Source of the DNA: Bigelowiella natans CCMP2755
Lineage: Eukaryota > Protista > Cercozoa
Direction of reading: 5' to 3'
DNA: 46,223 bases
Assembly (NCBI GenBank): GCA_000320545.1
Contig: ADNK01003272.1
Location: forward strand, 1-46,223
Shown here: one piece after another, positions 13,546 to 26,118 of the stretch
Layout: every line of letters starts with the position of its first letter
Numbering within the stretch: position 1 is the stretch's first letter
Notes under the pieces: generated by a model
What the model saw: only the letters and a program-made list of their open reading frames with translations
What the model was told of the DNA's origin: nothing
The model's database searches: none
Made by a program: the position numbers and the translations under genes

Positions 13546-14916
13546 TATCATCAGCATATGCTGCTGCTAGTACCTATCAGCAATGCTTTGAAGTAGATTC
13601 TTGGATGGAATCAGTGTTTCATTGTCACGCAAACCGTTCTTCCCATCGACTCCAAGATACAACTCCTACAAAAGATCATCACGGCAACCACGAATCAAAT
13701 CATCGATCATTCACAACGATATAAAGAAGGAGGAGCAGCAGCAGCAGCAGCAGCAGGAGGAGGAGGAGGAGGAGGAGGAGGAGGAAAGGGAGGAAAGTGT
13801 GAGAACAAGGATTTTAAGAGCAGAAGGTGTTAGTGAGATGGTTGCTGCTGATATCATCATCAATCATCAATGATGGTGGATGATGATAAAATGAATAATA
13901 ATAATAATAATAAGTATGTATGTAAACACCCATATATTCATTCATTATCACCTGAAACTTGTCCTTAATCTCCTCAAAGGTATACTCGTTTTTCTTCTTG
14001 TTATCATCCTTTGATTTAAGGCTGACCAGACGCTGGGTAACTATCCAGTCGTTGTTGGCGTTTCCCGCATCTTTGACTGCTTGGATATCATCCATAGTAA
14101 CCTTTGCCCCAAACGCCTCTGCTGTAGCGATGATGGCATTGCGGTAGGAGCTGGACACCTCGGCCAGCACCCCATCCATATCAAAGAGCACACAAGAAGC
14201 AGAGCAACTGCCTGTTGTTGTTTTTGTTGTTAGTGTAGCTGTTTTTGTTATTGTTATTAGTGGTAATATCAATCATATTTTTTTATCAAATTCTGAAGAA
14301 AGCTACGACATACATGTCAAAGTGTATCAGTTTGCAGTAGTAGAAGTAGTAAGTTACGACATTATTATTATTATTATTAGTAGTAGTAGTAGTAGTAGCA
14401 ATGGTATAAGTAGCAGTGGTAAGGGTGGTGTGATTCTCTCTCTCTTCTTTCTGCTGTGTGATGTGATGCTCCTCTTCTTATTATATATTATCATGGATGT
14501 TATTAGTCACACTATTACTGTTTAAAGACTTTGGGACGTCCTCATATACCGTACCATCACCTCCGCCAACGGTCTTATTGTTATATGGGGGGGGGGGGAG
14601 AACAACAACTAAATTCATCATCGTGATTCCAATATAACCTTTTAACCAACCATCGTTACAAGCAGCAGTAAGATTAACAACATGAATATCACATCACATC
14701 GCTGCTATGATAAGATCAGCTCCTACTTGTAAAACTACTACTACTACTACTACCGCGACTACTACTACTTCCGATTTTGTTCATTAAGGATCATCCGTAC
14801 TCTCTTCCCCCTTTCTCTCTCCCTCCCCTTTTTCTTTCTCGTGCTATTTCTCGTCGTCCTTCTTCTGACTTTGTTATTGTATTGTATGTCCTTCCTCCTC
14901 CTCTCTAAACTCGCAG

Positions 14917-14952
<36 letters not shown>

Positions 14953-15113
14953 AATACGTCATTATGATATGTATAGACAACTGAGGTTCTTCGGTGTAAG
15001 ATAGTGTTGTACATCGTTGGCACCATCATCACCTTCTTCTTGTCGTCGTGTTTTCCTCCATTGATAGTCTTTTTCTTCCTTTTAGCAGCAGATTTAGAGT
15101 GCCCTTCCAACCC

Positions 15114-15146
<33 letters not shown>

Positions 15147-17208
15147 TAATATAATTATAATGAATAATGTCGTTTTGATGATGATGATGATGATGACCAC
15201 ACATGCACTAACCTTAATCTAATATCAATCAAATATCAACTAAAACTTTTGACATCCTTCCCGTTTTCTCTTTTCATCTTCCCCCTCCCCTCCTCTCCGT
15301 GTGTGCGTGTGTGTGTGTGCTGTGAGGCCATGTAGTGTAATCCTGTTAAATAACCAAAATTTAAGCGCTGTTGCTCTTTCTCTCCTACCCTCTCCCCTCT
15401 CTCTTACTATTATTATTATTATTATATTATATGGGTCTACTTATTAACCACCCACCCACCCTCAAGATTGGCCAAAGCAACGCAATCAGCCACGAGATCC
15501 TGGGCATCGGTGCGGACGGGTTCTGTAAGCTGATATACAATAATAATATTATTAATAATAATAATAAGACAGCCTTCAAACATCCAAAGATGAAGATTCT
15601 AAAAACAACTTCATCAACATCTTCAACCCATGTCTATTGCTAATGTGTTCTTCTAATATGACGGTGGTTTCTTGTTACCACAACAACAACAACAACAACC
15701 TGCATCCATGTACGCACACGCAGAAAACAGTGAACGGATAGTCCCCCAGTGTATCTAGCTGTTCTTCCAGTAGGAAGTGTGTGGTTGGGTCCTGCACCGT
15801 AGTCACCAAGAACCTCAGCAGCATGTGTGCCGATGAACAGAGCGCCTAATAGATGATGATGATCATGATGATGATCATTGAATTTGATAGATACCCTACT
15901 TCTCTATTTCCCAACCGACGACAAATTTACTCTTCCTCTTCCTCTGCTTCTTCTTCTTCTTCTTCTTCTTCATCTTCATCTTCCTCTATAACCTCCCCGT
16001 CAACCACTCCCAGATTACAGTACAGCCCCCAATCACACTAGGAGGGGAGGAGGAGGACACCATATGGTGAAACACCAAACCCCAAAACGAAGGAGGATTT
16101 ACGAGCAACAACATCATAATCTCCACATGATCATCATGGTGTTCTTGTCTCCCTCTCTCCCCCCCCTCCCCCCCCTCTCCACTATACCATAATGATTGAG
16201 CTTGGCAGCTACATCTTCGCAGTTATGGGTCAAGATTTCCAGGTGCTCGGGTGCAAGGAAATCGGCGGTTTCAATGGCCTCCTCCATCGTATCACACACT
16301 ACCACGAAGCCGTTGTTCAACATAGATTTTGTTGCTGTCGCCTGCCAAATGGTGTATTACATCATCAACAACATAAACATGCATGCCAAATGTGCTACTG
16401 CTACATTGAGGAGGAGGAGGAGGAGGAGGAGGAGGAGGAGGAGGAGGAGGAGGAGGAGGAGGAGGATGAGGAGGAAATAAGAAGAAAGAAGTTTGATGTG
16501 ATGATGATGGGTAAGAGCAAAATAGTAGCCGATGATGATCACCGAAAGAGAATCATAATTTAAATCCAGCTTTCTCGCTTCTTCTTCTTCTTCTTCTTCT
16601 TCTTCTTCTTCTTCTTCTTCTTTTCTTCTGTCTTATCAAATCCTCCCTTCCTGTAGTAATATTCTTCTTCTTCTTCTCTAACTACTGCAATTCCTTATCT
16701 CCATACCCGTAATACCTTTGTTCCTAGGACATGTAGTTGTTTTGTGAGCTCCTTCTCAACAAGGGGAACAAGCTCTTCACAGGTGGTGACAAGCATAGGC
16801 ACAGCCACAACATCATGCTCGGCCTGTGCGAGAAGATCAGCAGCGACGACATCTGGCTTAGCAGAATCATCTGCCAAAACGAGCAGCTCGGAAGGCCCTG
16901 CGAGCATGTCTATGGCGCACTTGCCAGCCACTAATTGCTTTGCAGCAGTCACCCACTGATGATAATGATGATGGAGGTGCAGTTAATAAGTGGTAGTTTC
17001 AACAACAATGACAAAGATGAAGATGATGATTGTCTATGATAGTGATGTAATGTTTATGCAAAGATCCACCAATTGTGAATGCTATTAGGTGTCTACAGTG
17101 ATAGTGATGTAAGAAGATAGAGTTCGGTGATAGAGATGGAAGAGGATACAGCGAGGGGAGAAGAGGGTGCCACCATAAGAGCGACAAAGAGGGGGGCAAG
17201 TGAGATGT

Positions 17209-17239
<31 letters not shown>

Positions 17240-18023
17240 GGATGTCAAGAACAACGACAGGTGTAATATCAAATAACAGCACTTCCATTTCAATGCTACC
17301 TCCTTGCTATCTTTCTAATTACGTCGTCGTCATGGCATGTGTCTCCTCTTTTTCTTCTTTTATTATAGTTGCTGTTGTTGCGTCTACTACCTGACTTCCT
17401 GGACCAACGATTGCATCACAAGCTGGAATATCCCCTGCCCCATAAGCGAGAGCTGCTATTGCCTGAGCACCGCCGATACAGAGCAAGAAATCCGCCCCAG
17501 CAACGTGTGCTGCAGCCTTGGTCACCTCAGCAGGTCGAGGTGAAGCTACCCATACCTCCTTCACGCCGGCACAGCGTGCTGTTACTGCAGTCATCAAAAC
17601 TGAGGAAGGTAGTGGAAAGCGTCCACCCGGAGCATAGCACCCAGCTCTCTCAACTGGGGAGACCTTCTGCCAGGCAAAACCACCAGGAATGGGCGTTTTG
17701 AAATCTCGAATAGAGCCCCTTTGTGCGTTTGCGAAGTGCTCAATCCTCTTAGCTACACGAGTAAGAACATTTTGTTGGTCTTTGGGGAGGGAGTCGAAGG
17801 AAGCTTTGAGTGCCTTCTTGTCAAGTATGTGAGGTTGTCCCTCCTTCAAGTCGCCGAATCTAATCGCATAGTCTAGAAGTGCTTTCTCGCCGTTCTGCTT
17901 AACGTTGTCAACGATTAATGATGCTTTCTCGCGCACCTTGGGATCTACAACGTCGCGAGTTTTTGGAAGGTCATTCCTTTGCAGGCGAGGAAGCCTCACC
18001 TCGGTAATAACGCCGTTGCTCAT
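11315..18023 (-). CDS. hisD-hisB: Histidine biosynthesis fusion: histidinol dehydrogenase (HisD) + HAD-family phosphatase (putative histidinol-phosphate phosphatase) + imidazoleglycerol-phosphate dehydratase (IGPD/HisB); 15 exons; 1-nt frameshift near 12327
   Basis: Exons 18023-17391, 16955-16716, 16341-16188, 15845-15700, 15529-15460, 15112-15033, 14573-14555, 14211-13952, 13665-13574, 13495-13400, 13231-13189, 12992-12630, 12345-11998, 11730-11633, 11365-11315 are all GT-AG and phase-compatible. HisD motifs: [38 protein letters not shown] motifs: FDMDGVL, VTGRP, KP, IGDTVDD. IGPD motifs: [28 protein letters not shown], and the C-terminal IPSTKGVL*. Confidence 0.9.
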
Positions 18024-19150
18024 AAGAGATTTTCAATAAATATACTTCTTCCCTGATAAATACGAGAAAGGCACAGGATCATCATTTGCTGCGCATAGCA
18101 TAGGGCTGAAAGTTCATCTTTATGTCACGAATGCTAATTGACACGCGCCCCTTTTCCCCCCCACCCCCTCGTGTGGTTAAGTTTCATCCGTATTCTAACG
18201 AATCCCCCGCTGCTAACCCTAAATTAATGTTTCGAATTTGTTGAACACGCATAGTTATCCCTGTAACACCCCCCTCGATCTCCCAAGCTTCAATCGGACC
18301 CCCCCACTTTGTTTGCACACCTTCAATCCTCGACGAGGTGCTGCAAACTGCTGCGAACCAGATAAAAATTGTTACGCAAATTCTAATGTGTTCTTGATCT
18401 GCGACAATATAAAATTTTGATATTATGAGTAAATACGGGATCGTAAGGCAAAGTTACCAAAATATCGGGAGAAAAATGCCTGTCAAGCTACGCAGCCTGT
18501 TACTGGCGTATTAATTACGTGAATAGGATTCAAATTTATCTTGCGCCATGACATTTTTCACCGTTTCTTGATACTGTCGGTTGATAACTCGAGAAAATCT
18601 CGGAATCTCCAATAAGCTCGGCTATGGAAATTTCGGGGAAGGCACACGGTAGTTGTGGTGGGGATTCTGGGATCGTATCGTTAGAAAATAATCCATTGAT
18701 AAAATATGCTAATATCTAGAGAACACCTTGATGTTGTTGATTCCGCACTTGGGCAGTAGCTTGAATGTCGTCGTCAAAATCGATGATGGGTAGTAATCGT
18801 TAATAATATGACAGCATAGGAGGAAACCTTCTATTATTGTTATTATTGTCATTGTTGAACGTAATCTTACTAATATTTATCGAATAGACATCTGAAGAGA
18901 ATTTACTGTTCTGTGGCCGAATTCTCGAGAATTCCTCTGTCCTACCCTCCTCTCACAAGATCTGTTCCCAAGAGGTGAGTATGTGATTCATTCACATAAT
19001 CGATGGTGCTGCCGCTACTTCTATCGAAAACCTTTTAGCTATCATAATAAAATACAACTATTCATGTGCTAGTTATGAATACATTATTACTTTCTACGAA
19101 AGTAACCGTGATCATTTGACAACGACGGGGGACTACATTGGAGAAAGGGC

Positions 19151-20827
19151 ATGGAAGTTGAGACTCCGTCCAATGTTCGGCGACATCAGGATGGGTAAGT
19201 TAGCTATACGCATTTAATATGCTTTGCGATGTGAACAGAATATTTTGGATTTGGAGTAAGCTTGCATTCTGAGAGGAGCAACTCTGGCACGTGTGTAATG
19301 ACTTTTAAACTATTTTCATATTTCAGGCCAGACCAATCCTCGCCAAGTATGCTACGACTTATGCCCCCTCCCCCCCCCCCCCCCTTTCGACTATATCTGA
19401 GTCATTTCTGACAATATTTACTCGATATGATCATTGACATGCAGTGACACGATGCAGGTGGATGTAGAAGCAATTTTGACTCGACCCATTCTCTATCTTT
19501 CGATTTCAGATGTTGAGAATCTGCCCAAGATTCCGAATAGGGATAAAATTGTGGAGCTTATGAAGGATAGCAGGTAAGTATTCTTTCTCGCAGAGACCGA
19601 AATTATAATATAAGTTACAACTTTTTACGTGAAATTTCATGTTTTTTAAGGAAAAGATTCCTGCTCGAGCTAGAATTTGTGGAGCTGCTGGCTAGCCCTT
19701 TATATTTAGAGCGTAAGTAGTGCACACTTTAGAGATGGGATTGATGTTGGATCGATTAACGCTATCAATCCTGGTGATATTTGTCTCAGGCCTAGCAAAA
19801 TTAAAATACTTTTCCGACCCCCGTTTCATACGGTGAGAATCAATGTATTATTCTTCTCAAATTTTTGAATTTGGTGAGAAGATTCCGTGGGCAGGCAACA
19901 GATTCTGAACCGTTCTTATCTCAACAATTGGATAATAGGTACCTGGAATATCTGAATTATTGGAGAAAGCCACAATATATCAAGTTTATCAGGTCTTACG
20001 ATTAGGAGCATATTAGAACTAATTAAATGCTTCCTTTTCGGTCACCACTGATCTAATCTAATTTAATTTCTACCGCATCATCATCATAAAGTTATCCGTA
20101 CTGCCTCTACTTTCTGGAGCTCTTGCAAAAAAAAGAGTTTCGTGATAAACTTGTCGACCCACAATACGTGGCGTTGTTGTATCATCAACAGGTAGTGGTA
20201 GTTAGTGGTGGTGGTGGTGTGTGAGACCATACTACTAGACTCAAGATACTTTCTCTCCAAACATTGTTGCCACTAAAATTAACTCTTAAATATAAACAGT
20301 ACCTTCATTGGAGACATCACAAACATCTTCGAATGCGCGAGGTAGCAAGGCTTTTTTAAATGCAGAAAGTCCTCAGAGATTAAATGATGCCTAATTCTTT
20401 AATGTTACGGCACCATGTCAACCTTTTTTTATCCTTTATTTCTGCAAAAAGTTGTATAAATCATTTTCCTCAATATTGTCATCATCATTTATTTTCATAT
20501 ATCCTGGTGCACAATATGCGAAGCTTGAATTCGAGCGCCAAAAAGAGGTAGGAGTGCCAGATTAAAATTCCTGTCTTTGTGCGATCAAAGCACACAAAAG
20601 CATAGAATATAAACATGTTTTTCATATAAGAGTGACGTGATTAACTGAATATGAAGGTCAATTTCAGTATCGATCAAATGAATTTTGTTTGACGGATTCG
20701 CGGAAATGCCCGCACTGCTAAAAATGAGTTTTATCATGTACTCATCCAGGAAAATAAAGGCGACAGCAATCCTACTGCTGCGACAGCAAACCAAAGTATG
20801 CCAGCTTTAGAACAAGTTTCTACTTAG
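19151..20827 (+). CDS. MED31: Mediator complex subunit 31 (SOH1); first and last exons uncertain
   Basis: Core exons at ~19651-20341 splice to RFLLELEFVELLASPLYLERLAKLKYFSDPRFIRYLEYLNYWRKPQYIKFISYPYCLYFLELLQKKEFR...HQQYLHW, the MED31 signature. Confidence 0.9.
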
Positions 20828-21629
20828 AAGGGGCTTTTTTTAAATACCTTTTGAAAAAATCAATCACCCAAAATACGGTTAGCTATCGACATAGCTGTAG
20901 TAATAAAAATAATGGTCATTAGCGTGCACGTGCAAGCATGCATGTCAAATCGTATCCGAGATCTCAATTATCTCATGTGGACCATGCTAAGAGACGAGCC
21001 ATGTTGTATACACATTTACATGTATCATATAAACCAGTTTTGCTTAATCTAGTAATGGCTGTTATACGCTGCACGAGGCATCGCAATAACAACAAAGCGA
21101 ACGTATAGAGTAGTGCACCGCTGGACGAGCAGCATTTGTAGTACGTTCATGGGCGCACATGCACATGTGCACGACCAGCCTACACACCATGAAGCTGAGA
21201 CTACATCGGTAGCTAGTGCATAAGCAGCAACAATCTCTACATATAAATGAATATGTTTTCGTGAAAAATCTTCGCGTGCATTTTTTTCCATCGCGCATAG
21301 GCCGGTAGCTTCGCGCAAGCTGGGAACGATTATTTGCACTGTACGAGCTACACAGTCTTACATGCATGTCAAGTGTGGAGCAAAATGGGATTGATTTCTA
21401 AAGCTTGTCTCAATAGCCTGCAAACTGCGCATGTTTCAATCGCATATAACTGTAACATAACATTGAACTAATACACTCTATCTAGATATATAGATACTGC
21501 TGCAGCTTTAGATATTTTGGCTCCGTTTGCTATTGCGCACGTGTACATGCTATAAACGTAGGCCCACGTTTGTGTAAAACTAAGAAAATATCGGCGAGTA
21601 TCGTCGTGTTGCGGGGGCAGTCATGGAGT

Positions 21630-22066
21630 TTATGAGCGCGCCCCACACCAGACCGGACAGTCTTTTTTGGTACTCTAAGAAACACAAAAACTGTCATAAA
21701 ACTTGAAAATGATAGTGTGGCTAGTGACACCTTATTCTTTCTGAACCCACTTGAGTTGCACCAGAGAATTAAATTTCTCCGAATCCCCTTCTTGATGCTG
21801 GTAGCTGCATGGCGATGAGCACCAAGGTGCAGCAGAGCAACTCCTGGTTCGTGTTGCACATATTTCTCTTCGTAAGAGTAAGGAGGTACCTGTTGTATAT
21901 TTGGTGTGTGCTTTATCAGCTTTGCCCTCCTTGCGATAACATCTTGAAATACTCATAACTCTGCCATTTAGATCCCGCAATACAGAAAATTGTGTTTGAA
22001 GAGAAACATCGGCCTTGATTCGTTCTTATTTTCTACTTATTTTCGGCTCATTGTCACAAATCAATG

Positions 22067-22140
<74 letters not shown>

Positions 22141-23624
22141 TTTATTTATATAAAGTCAGATAACCACCTCTCTACAATTTGAGCATCGCACACCCCCGAA
22201 GTAAAGATCTCCGCCTTGGAACTGTCTTCCCAAGCAGAGGTTTAAAGTGATTTCTAATGTTTAGCAATAACATCTTAGTCACAGGAATGCAGCTCTCTCT
22301 ATATCCTTTGGTATTTCTGAAAGTTTCGTGTTACCAGAATCGTCTCGATGGAAGTCAAGATTTGTGTCCTTTCCGGGTTCGTATTCGACTGTTATTTACA
22401 TTCAATGATCAGATATTGGCTTCGTATTCGACTGTTATTTGCATTCAATGATCAGATATTGAGCAACTCGCCGCTCAAATGTTACTTTAGCTTCAACTTA
22501 ACCCAGAAATCCATGATGTGAGTCAAGACCGTATTTCTTGGCAAACTCAGGACGAAATAGGCGATTGGCTAATGGCTGAATCACTGAAGAGACTAGATCT
22601 GAAAGCGCCTGGTTTTTGAAAACGTGAAAAATAATAACTCCCTGTGATTTTTCAACTTAGCTATTTTCAATTGCTGATTTGATCGTCACCGTTTTGAAGC
22701 CAAAATGATCTAGAATTGCGCCATAGTTGTTCATTGAGTTAGGCCTAACAATTTGATGACCTGCTTTCTTACACCAGTCTTGAAAATATGCTACCTGAAA
22801 AATAAATCCAGACTGGTTAGCTACCAAACTGTCTGTTCCCCCAATCTCTGAGCATTTTTATCACCTCAGTAAGCAGTCTACATGCAAACTTTTCTTCAAG
22901 CATTGGGAAACGAAATACGCCATCTAAAACTTCTTCCAGAGGCTACTCAACAAAAAAACGACATTTATTGAGCGATGGTATCAATCCATTTGTTTGGAGG
23001 GAAATTCAATACTTTCAGGATTTCCCCTTTCAGCTCCGTATGGTCCTTCTTTAGATACTCCAAAATTGAGAGAAACCTCTGCGTACAATATTATACATCA
23101 TAATTTCACGAACCATGTAAATATCACCACCAATATTACTAGCACTGTGTTGTCTGTAAGAGAGAGGCTGATATGTTTACTACACCGACATAGTCGAATT
23201 TCCATTTCTTTAGATCATATAGCTCTAAGTCCTTTGGTTTGAATTTCTTCAGAGCTGCTTCAAGATAGGAGTCGTATACATTCTGTCTCTGCGTTTGGAT
23301 CATTACATAGAAATACACGCATACACAAATTGAATGCCGAACGAGTCATTTGCATGGACTACGACTTTTAGCGAACCTCCTTCTCGGCTCTGACTTCAGC
23401 TATGTATCGTAGTAGCTTTTCCTCTTTTTCCTAAGTAATGAATAAATGAAACAATACATTGCACTAGTACACTCTTTGAAAAAATGATTGGTCAAGTGTT
23501 AATCAATGACCTCAAGACAGAGAGATCGGTAGTATGGATAACTTTCCTCCAACTTGGCTATTTCTCTTAGTTCATCTTTCGTTAAGTCTTCGAGACAAAG
23601 TTTTTTCTTTGTTTGCGCTGCCAT
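21630..23624 (-). CDS. OGFOD2: 2-oxoglutarate/Fe(II)-dependent oxygenase, OGFOD2-like
   Basis: Spliced exons give RPNSMNNYGAILDHFGF, LDSHHGFLVEY, LDFHRDDSEITLNLCLGRQFQGGDLYF (HxD), ALLHLGAHRHAA (distal His), RRNLILWCNSS, and a C-terminal CPVWC. ATG at 23624, TAA ending at 21630. Confidence 0.85.
22378..22461. repeat. Tandem duplication (41 bp, period 43, one mismatch) spanning a splice acceptor
   Basis: ttcgtattcgactgttattt[a/g]cattcaatgatcagatattg at 22378-22418 and 22421-22461. Confidence 0.9.
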
Positions 23625-24069
23625 GTGTTATCTGATTCTAGTTATTACTGTAGATCTAAGGAAGGTGGGGGATGGTGTAATATATAGTAGATCTAGTGGG
23701 AAATTTCTTAGAATGTTGGTTTACGAGTAGTTGCCGGCCCAATCCTTCTCCGTTCCGAATCAACCGAGTGCGCAAACAGCGTGGGCGATTTGTTACCAGC
23801 GACAAATTAATTTGGGAAACCTATTCATGTAAAATAGTGACGATTTTATGCATGCGACATCAACTATGTGGCTACTACGTAGACAGTGATTTGCATGAGT
23901 CTCGTTTAGGAGAAATAGGCTTGATTTTGCCGTTATGTGATAAATTTACGATAAGATCACACTTTGCAAGTACTCACAGACGATCACTTTTCAGTATCCC
24001 ACTCCTCGTTCACCGCAGCGGTAGTAGCACGCCGATCAACTCTTCTACTATTAAGAAGAGGAGAAGAAG

Positions 24070-25189
24070 ATGAGCAAGCTTGGAATGAGTATGTCAGAGG
24101 TTAAAGCAGAAGACTCTCACAGAGGGAGTTTCACAGAAGAGGAGCTTTTCAAGGCAGCGAGAGGTTCAAATAAGTTTTGGAGAGCTAGCCAAATTCTTGA
24201 GTGGGGTCTACTTCATTGGTTATTTTACAGGATGGGAGGGATTCAACGTGAAGCAAATGAGACAGAAAAAAGAGTTTGGTGTAAGCTTTATTTGTATAGG
24301 TAGTGAAAACTCATAGACATTTTTGAAGGACACCATATTCATAGATACAGATTATGCATCTATAAATATATATCCTGTAAGAAAACTGATACCGTGCACG
24401 TAGAAATCAAGTTCTTTGAAGTATCTCCTGTTAATTAAAGACTCTCAGGACGGAAACACGCTATTGCACGATGCCGTTATCAACAATAACATGGAGGTTG
24501 TAAGGTAGCAAAGATGAAAGCATGTATGACACACACCGCATGAACACACACACACACACACACACACACACATTTTCACACATGAGCTACGAACCATCGT
24601 TCATATCTTCGCTGTATTTTAGATTTCTTATCGAAGAATCAGGTGCAAAGCTTATAAATAAGACGAATAAGAATGGCAGGTTCTCATTGTGCAAACTTTC
24701 GATTTAATGGACTACAAATATAAAGGCATTCTTTCTTTTCTCCTGGTGGTATTTATGTTACAATCCACAGAACTCCATTGCACTGCGCGATGGTACAAAC
24801 TGGTGACATGCGGCATGAAATGGTCATTATTTGAAAAGAAATATTCAGATTCCAACGAATTTTAATAACCATTTTCCCGATAAAAAGTAACGCAATTTAT
24901 TCTAAATGATCGTACATATATTATGCCGCTATGCCGCTACCATTGGGAGTGCAAAATAAAAATAAGTAAATTAATACTAAGGTACGTTATTTGCTGGAGC
25001 ATAAAGCTAATCCAGATATTGAGGTATACTGTTTGCATTGTGACACTAGAATATCGCCTTCATTTTGACCAGTACATTTTAATGGATATGCTGTTCATCA
25101 TTTAGGACGCAGATGGAAGAAAGTCCTTCGATAAAGCCTTTGTGAAACGCTCAAAAAATTGCAATTGCGGGCTGTGCACCGTGATGTAG
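24070..25189 (+). CDS. Small ankyrin-repeat protein with a C-terminal CaaX motif
   Basis: Exons give DGNTLLHDAVINNNMEVVRFLIEESGAKLINKTNKNGRTPLHCAM...MVRYLLEHKANPDIEDADGRK (ankyrin consensus), ending KNCNCGLCTVM* (TAG 25187-25189). Confidence 0.8.
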
Positions 25190-26118
25190 GAGCTTTTAAT
25201 TTAACAAATCATTTTCATGCTTGCTTTTACACGCCTGCGCGAAGTGTGCTCCCACTCACACGCTCTGTGCATGCGTGCATCTATGTGTGGTGGTCACTGT
25301 CAAGTCATAACGGTTGAATGTACGTACCTAGCTAGATCTAGAGATAGCTAAGTGCACTAGTGCGCTAGTGCGGTGTAGTTAGCGCAGCTTCGTCACCACG
25401 CACATGTGTAACAGCGACAGATGTCATTGCTGCCCAGCGTGTTGATGTTGACAGCGTAGTCTAGTAGCATTTTAGGCATTCTAGCATTATACCTACCCAA
25501 AATTGCATAAAAAATGGCAGATGCGATGCATTTTTTAGTTTTGTCGAGCACATTGACAGCGCTAGAGTGGACAAGCTAGCAGGGCAATTGCTTGCTAGCT
25601 TGGTGCGTGTGATGCACGCGGACCTCGCGTTGTAGAAAAACGTTTGACTAATGTGTGATTCAATGCGCAGCGTGCAATGTAAATGCAGCTACATCGTACA
25701 CTATGTGTGCTTCGCAATGAAACACACACACTCTAGACATTGATCAGCAAGCTTGTCGACGAAAACGTGGCTGACGAGTTACGTATGCATGCTAGTATGA
25801 ACTGCACACACAGCGTACGTCCATTTTTTAGAATGCGAATTACTGGTTACTGGAATAAAGTCTAGCTATGCTGGTCTCACAGTATTACCACAGAGCAATG
25901 CTAGCTGTAGAGCTAGCTAGACTCCATTTGCACACATTTTGAAAGTGATAAGGGTTTTAAACATTTGACACCAGAAGTTTAGATTTCAGCCATCTTTTGA
26001 CCATTTGTCATTTGGTGAGTGAGGTGTAGTGCATGCTTTAATACATTGAAATCATGTCAATTCTGGTTCGAATCGAAATAACCGATGCCAATCAAATGCA
26101 ATTAAATCGAGTAATGTT

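Larger units (their letters stand above)
1..17400. repeat. Microsatellite-dense domain: (TA)n, (CA)n, (GA)n, (TAC)n, (CAT)n, (GAG)n, (GAA)n, (TGGTA)n, mainly in introns
   Basis: Dozens of visible di- and trinucleotide arrays, e.g. 874-924 (TA), 12443-12552 (GA, G-run, CA), 16408-16464 (GAG), ~11086-11125 (TGGTA). Confidence 0.95.

Noticed and set aside
14765-15222. Possible nested gene inside the His locus
   Set aside because: ORF 14874-15200 contains His exon 6 ([10 protein letters not shown]...) flanked by intronic repeats; nothing independent remains.
39-17300. Many short ORFs with poly-V/L/T/S/Y/HT/CV/RE runs
   Set aside because: They are translations of intronic microsatellites that lack stop codons, not genes.
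11315-18023. Bacterial his operon or contaminant
   Set aside because: The gene is split by 14 spliceosomal introns and lies among eukaryote-specific genes (MED31, RBR ligase).
18212-18224. TAACCCTAAA telomere/telo-box-like word
   Set aside because: Single copy, expected by chance; not a telomeric array.
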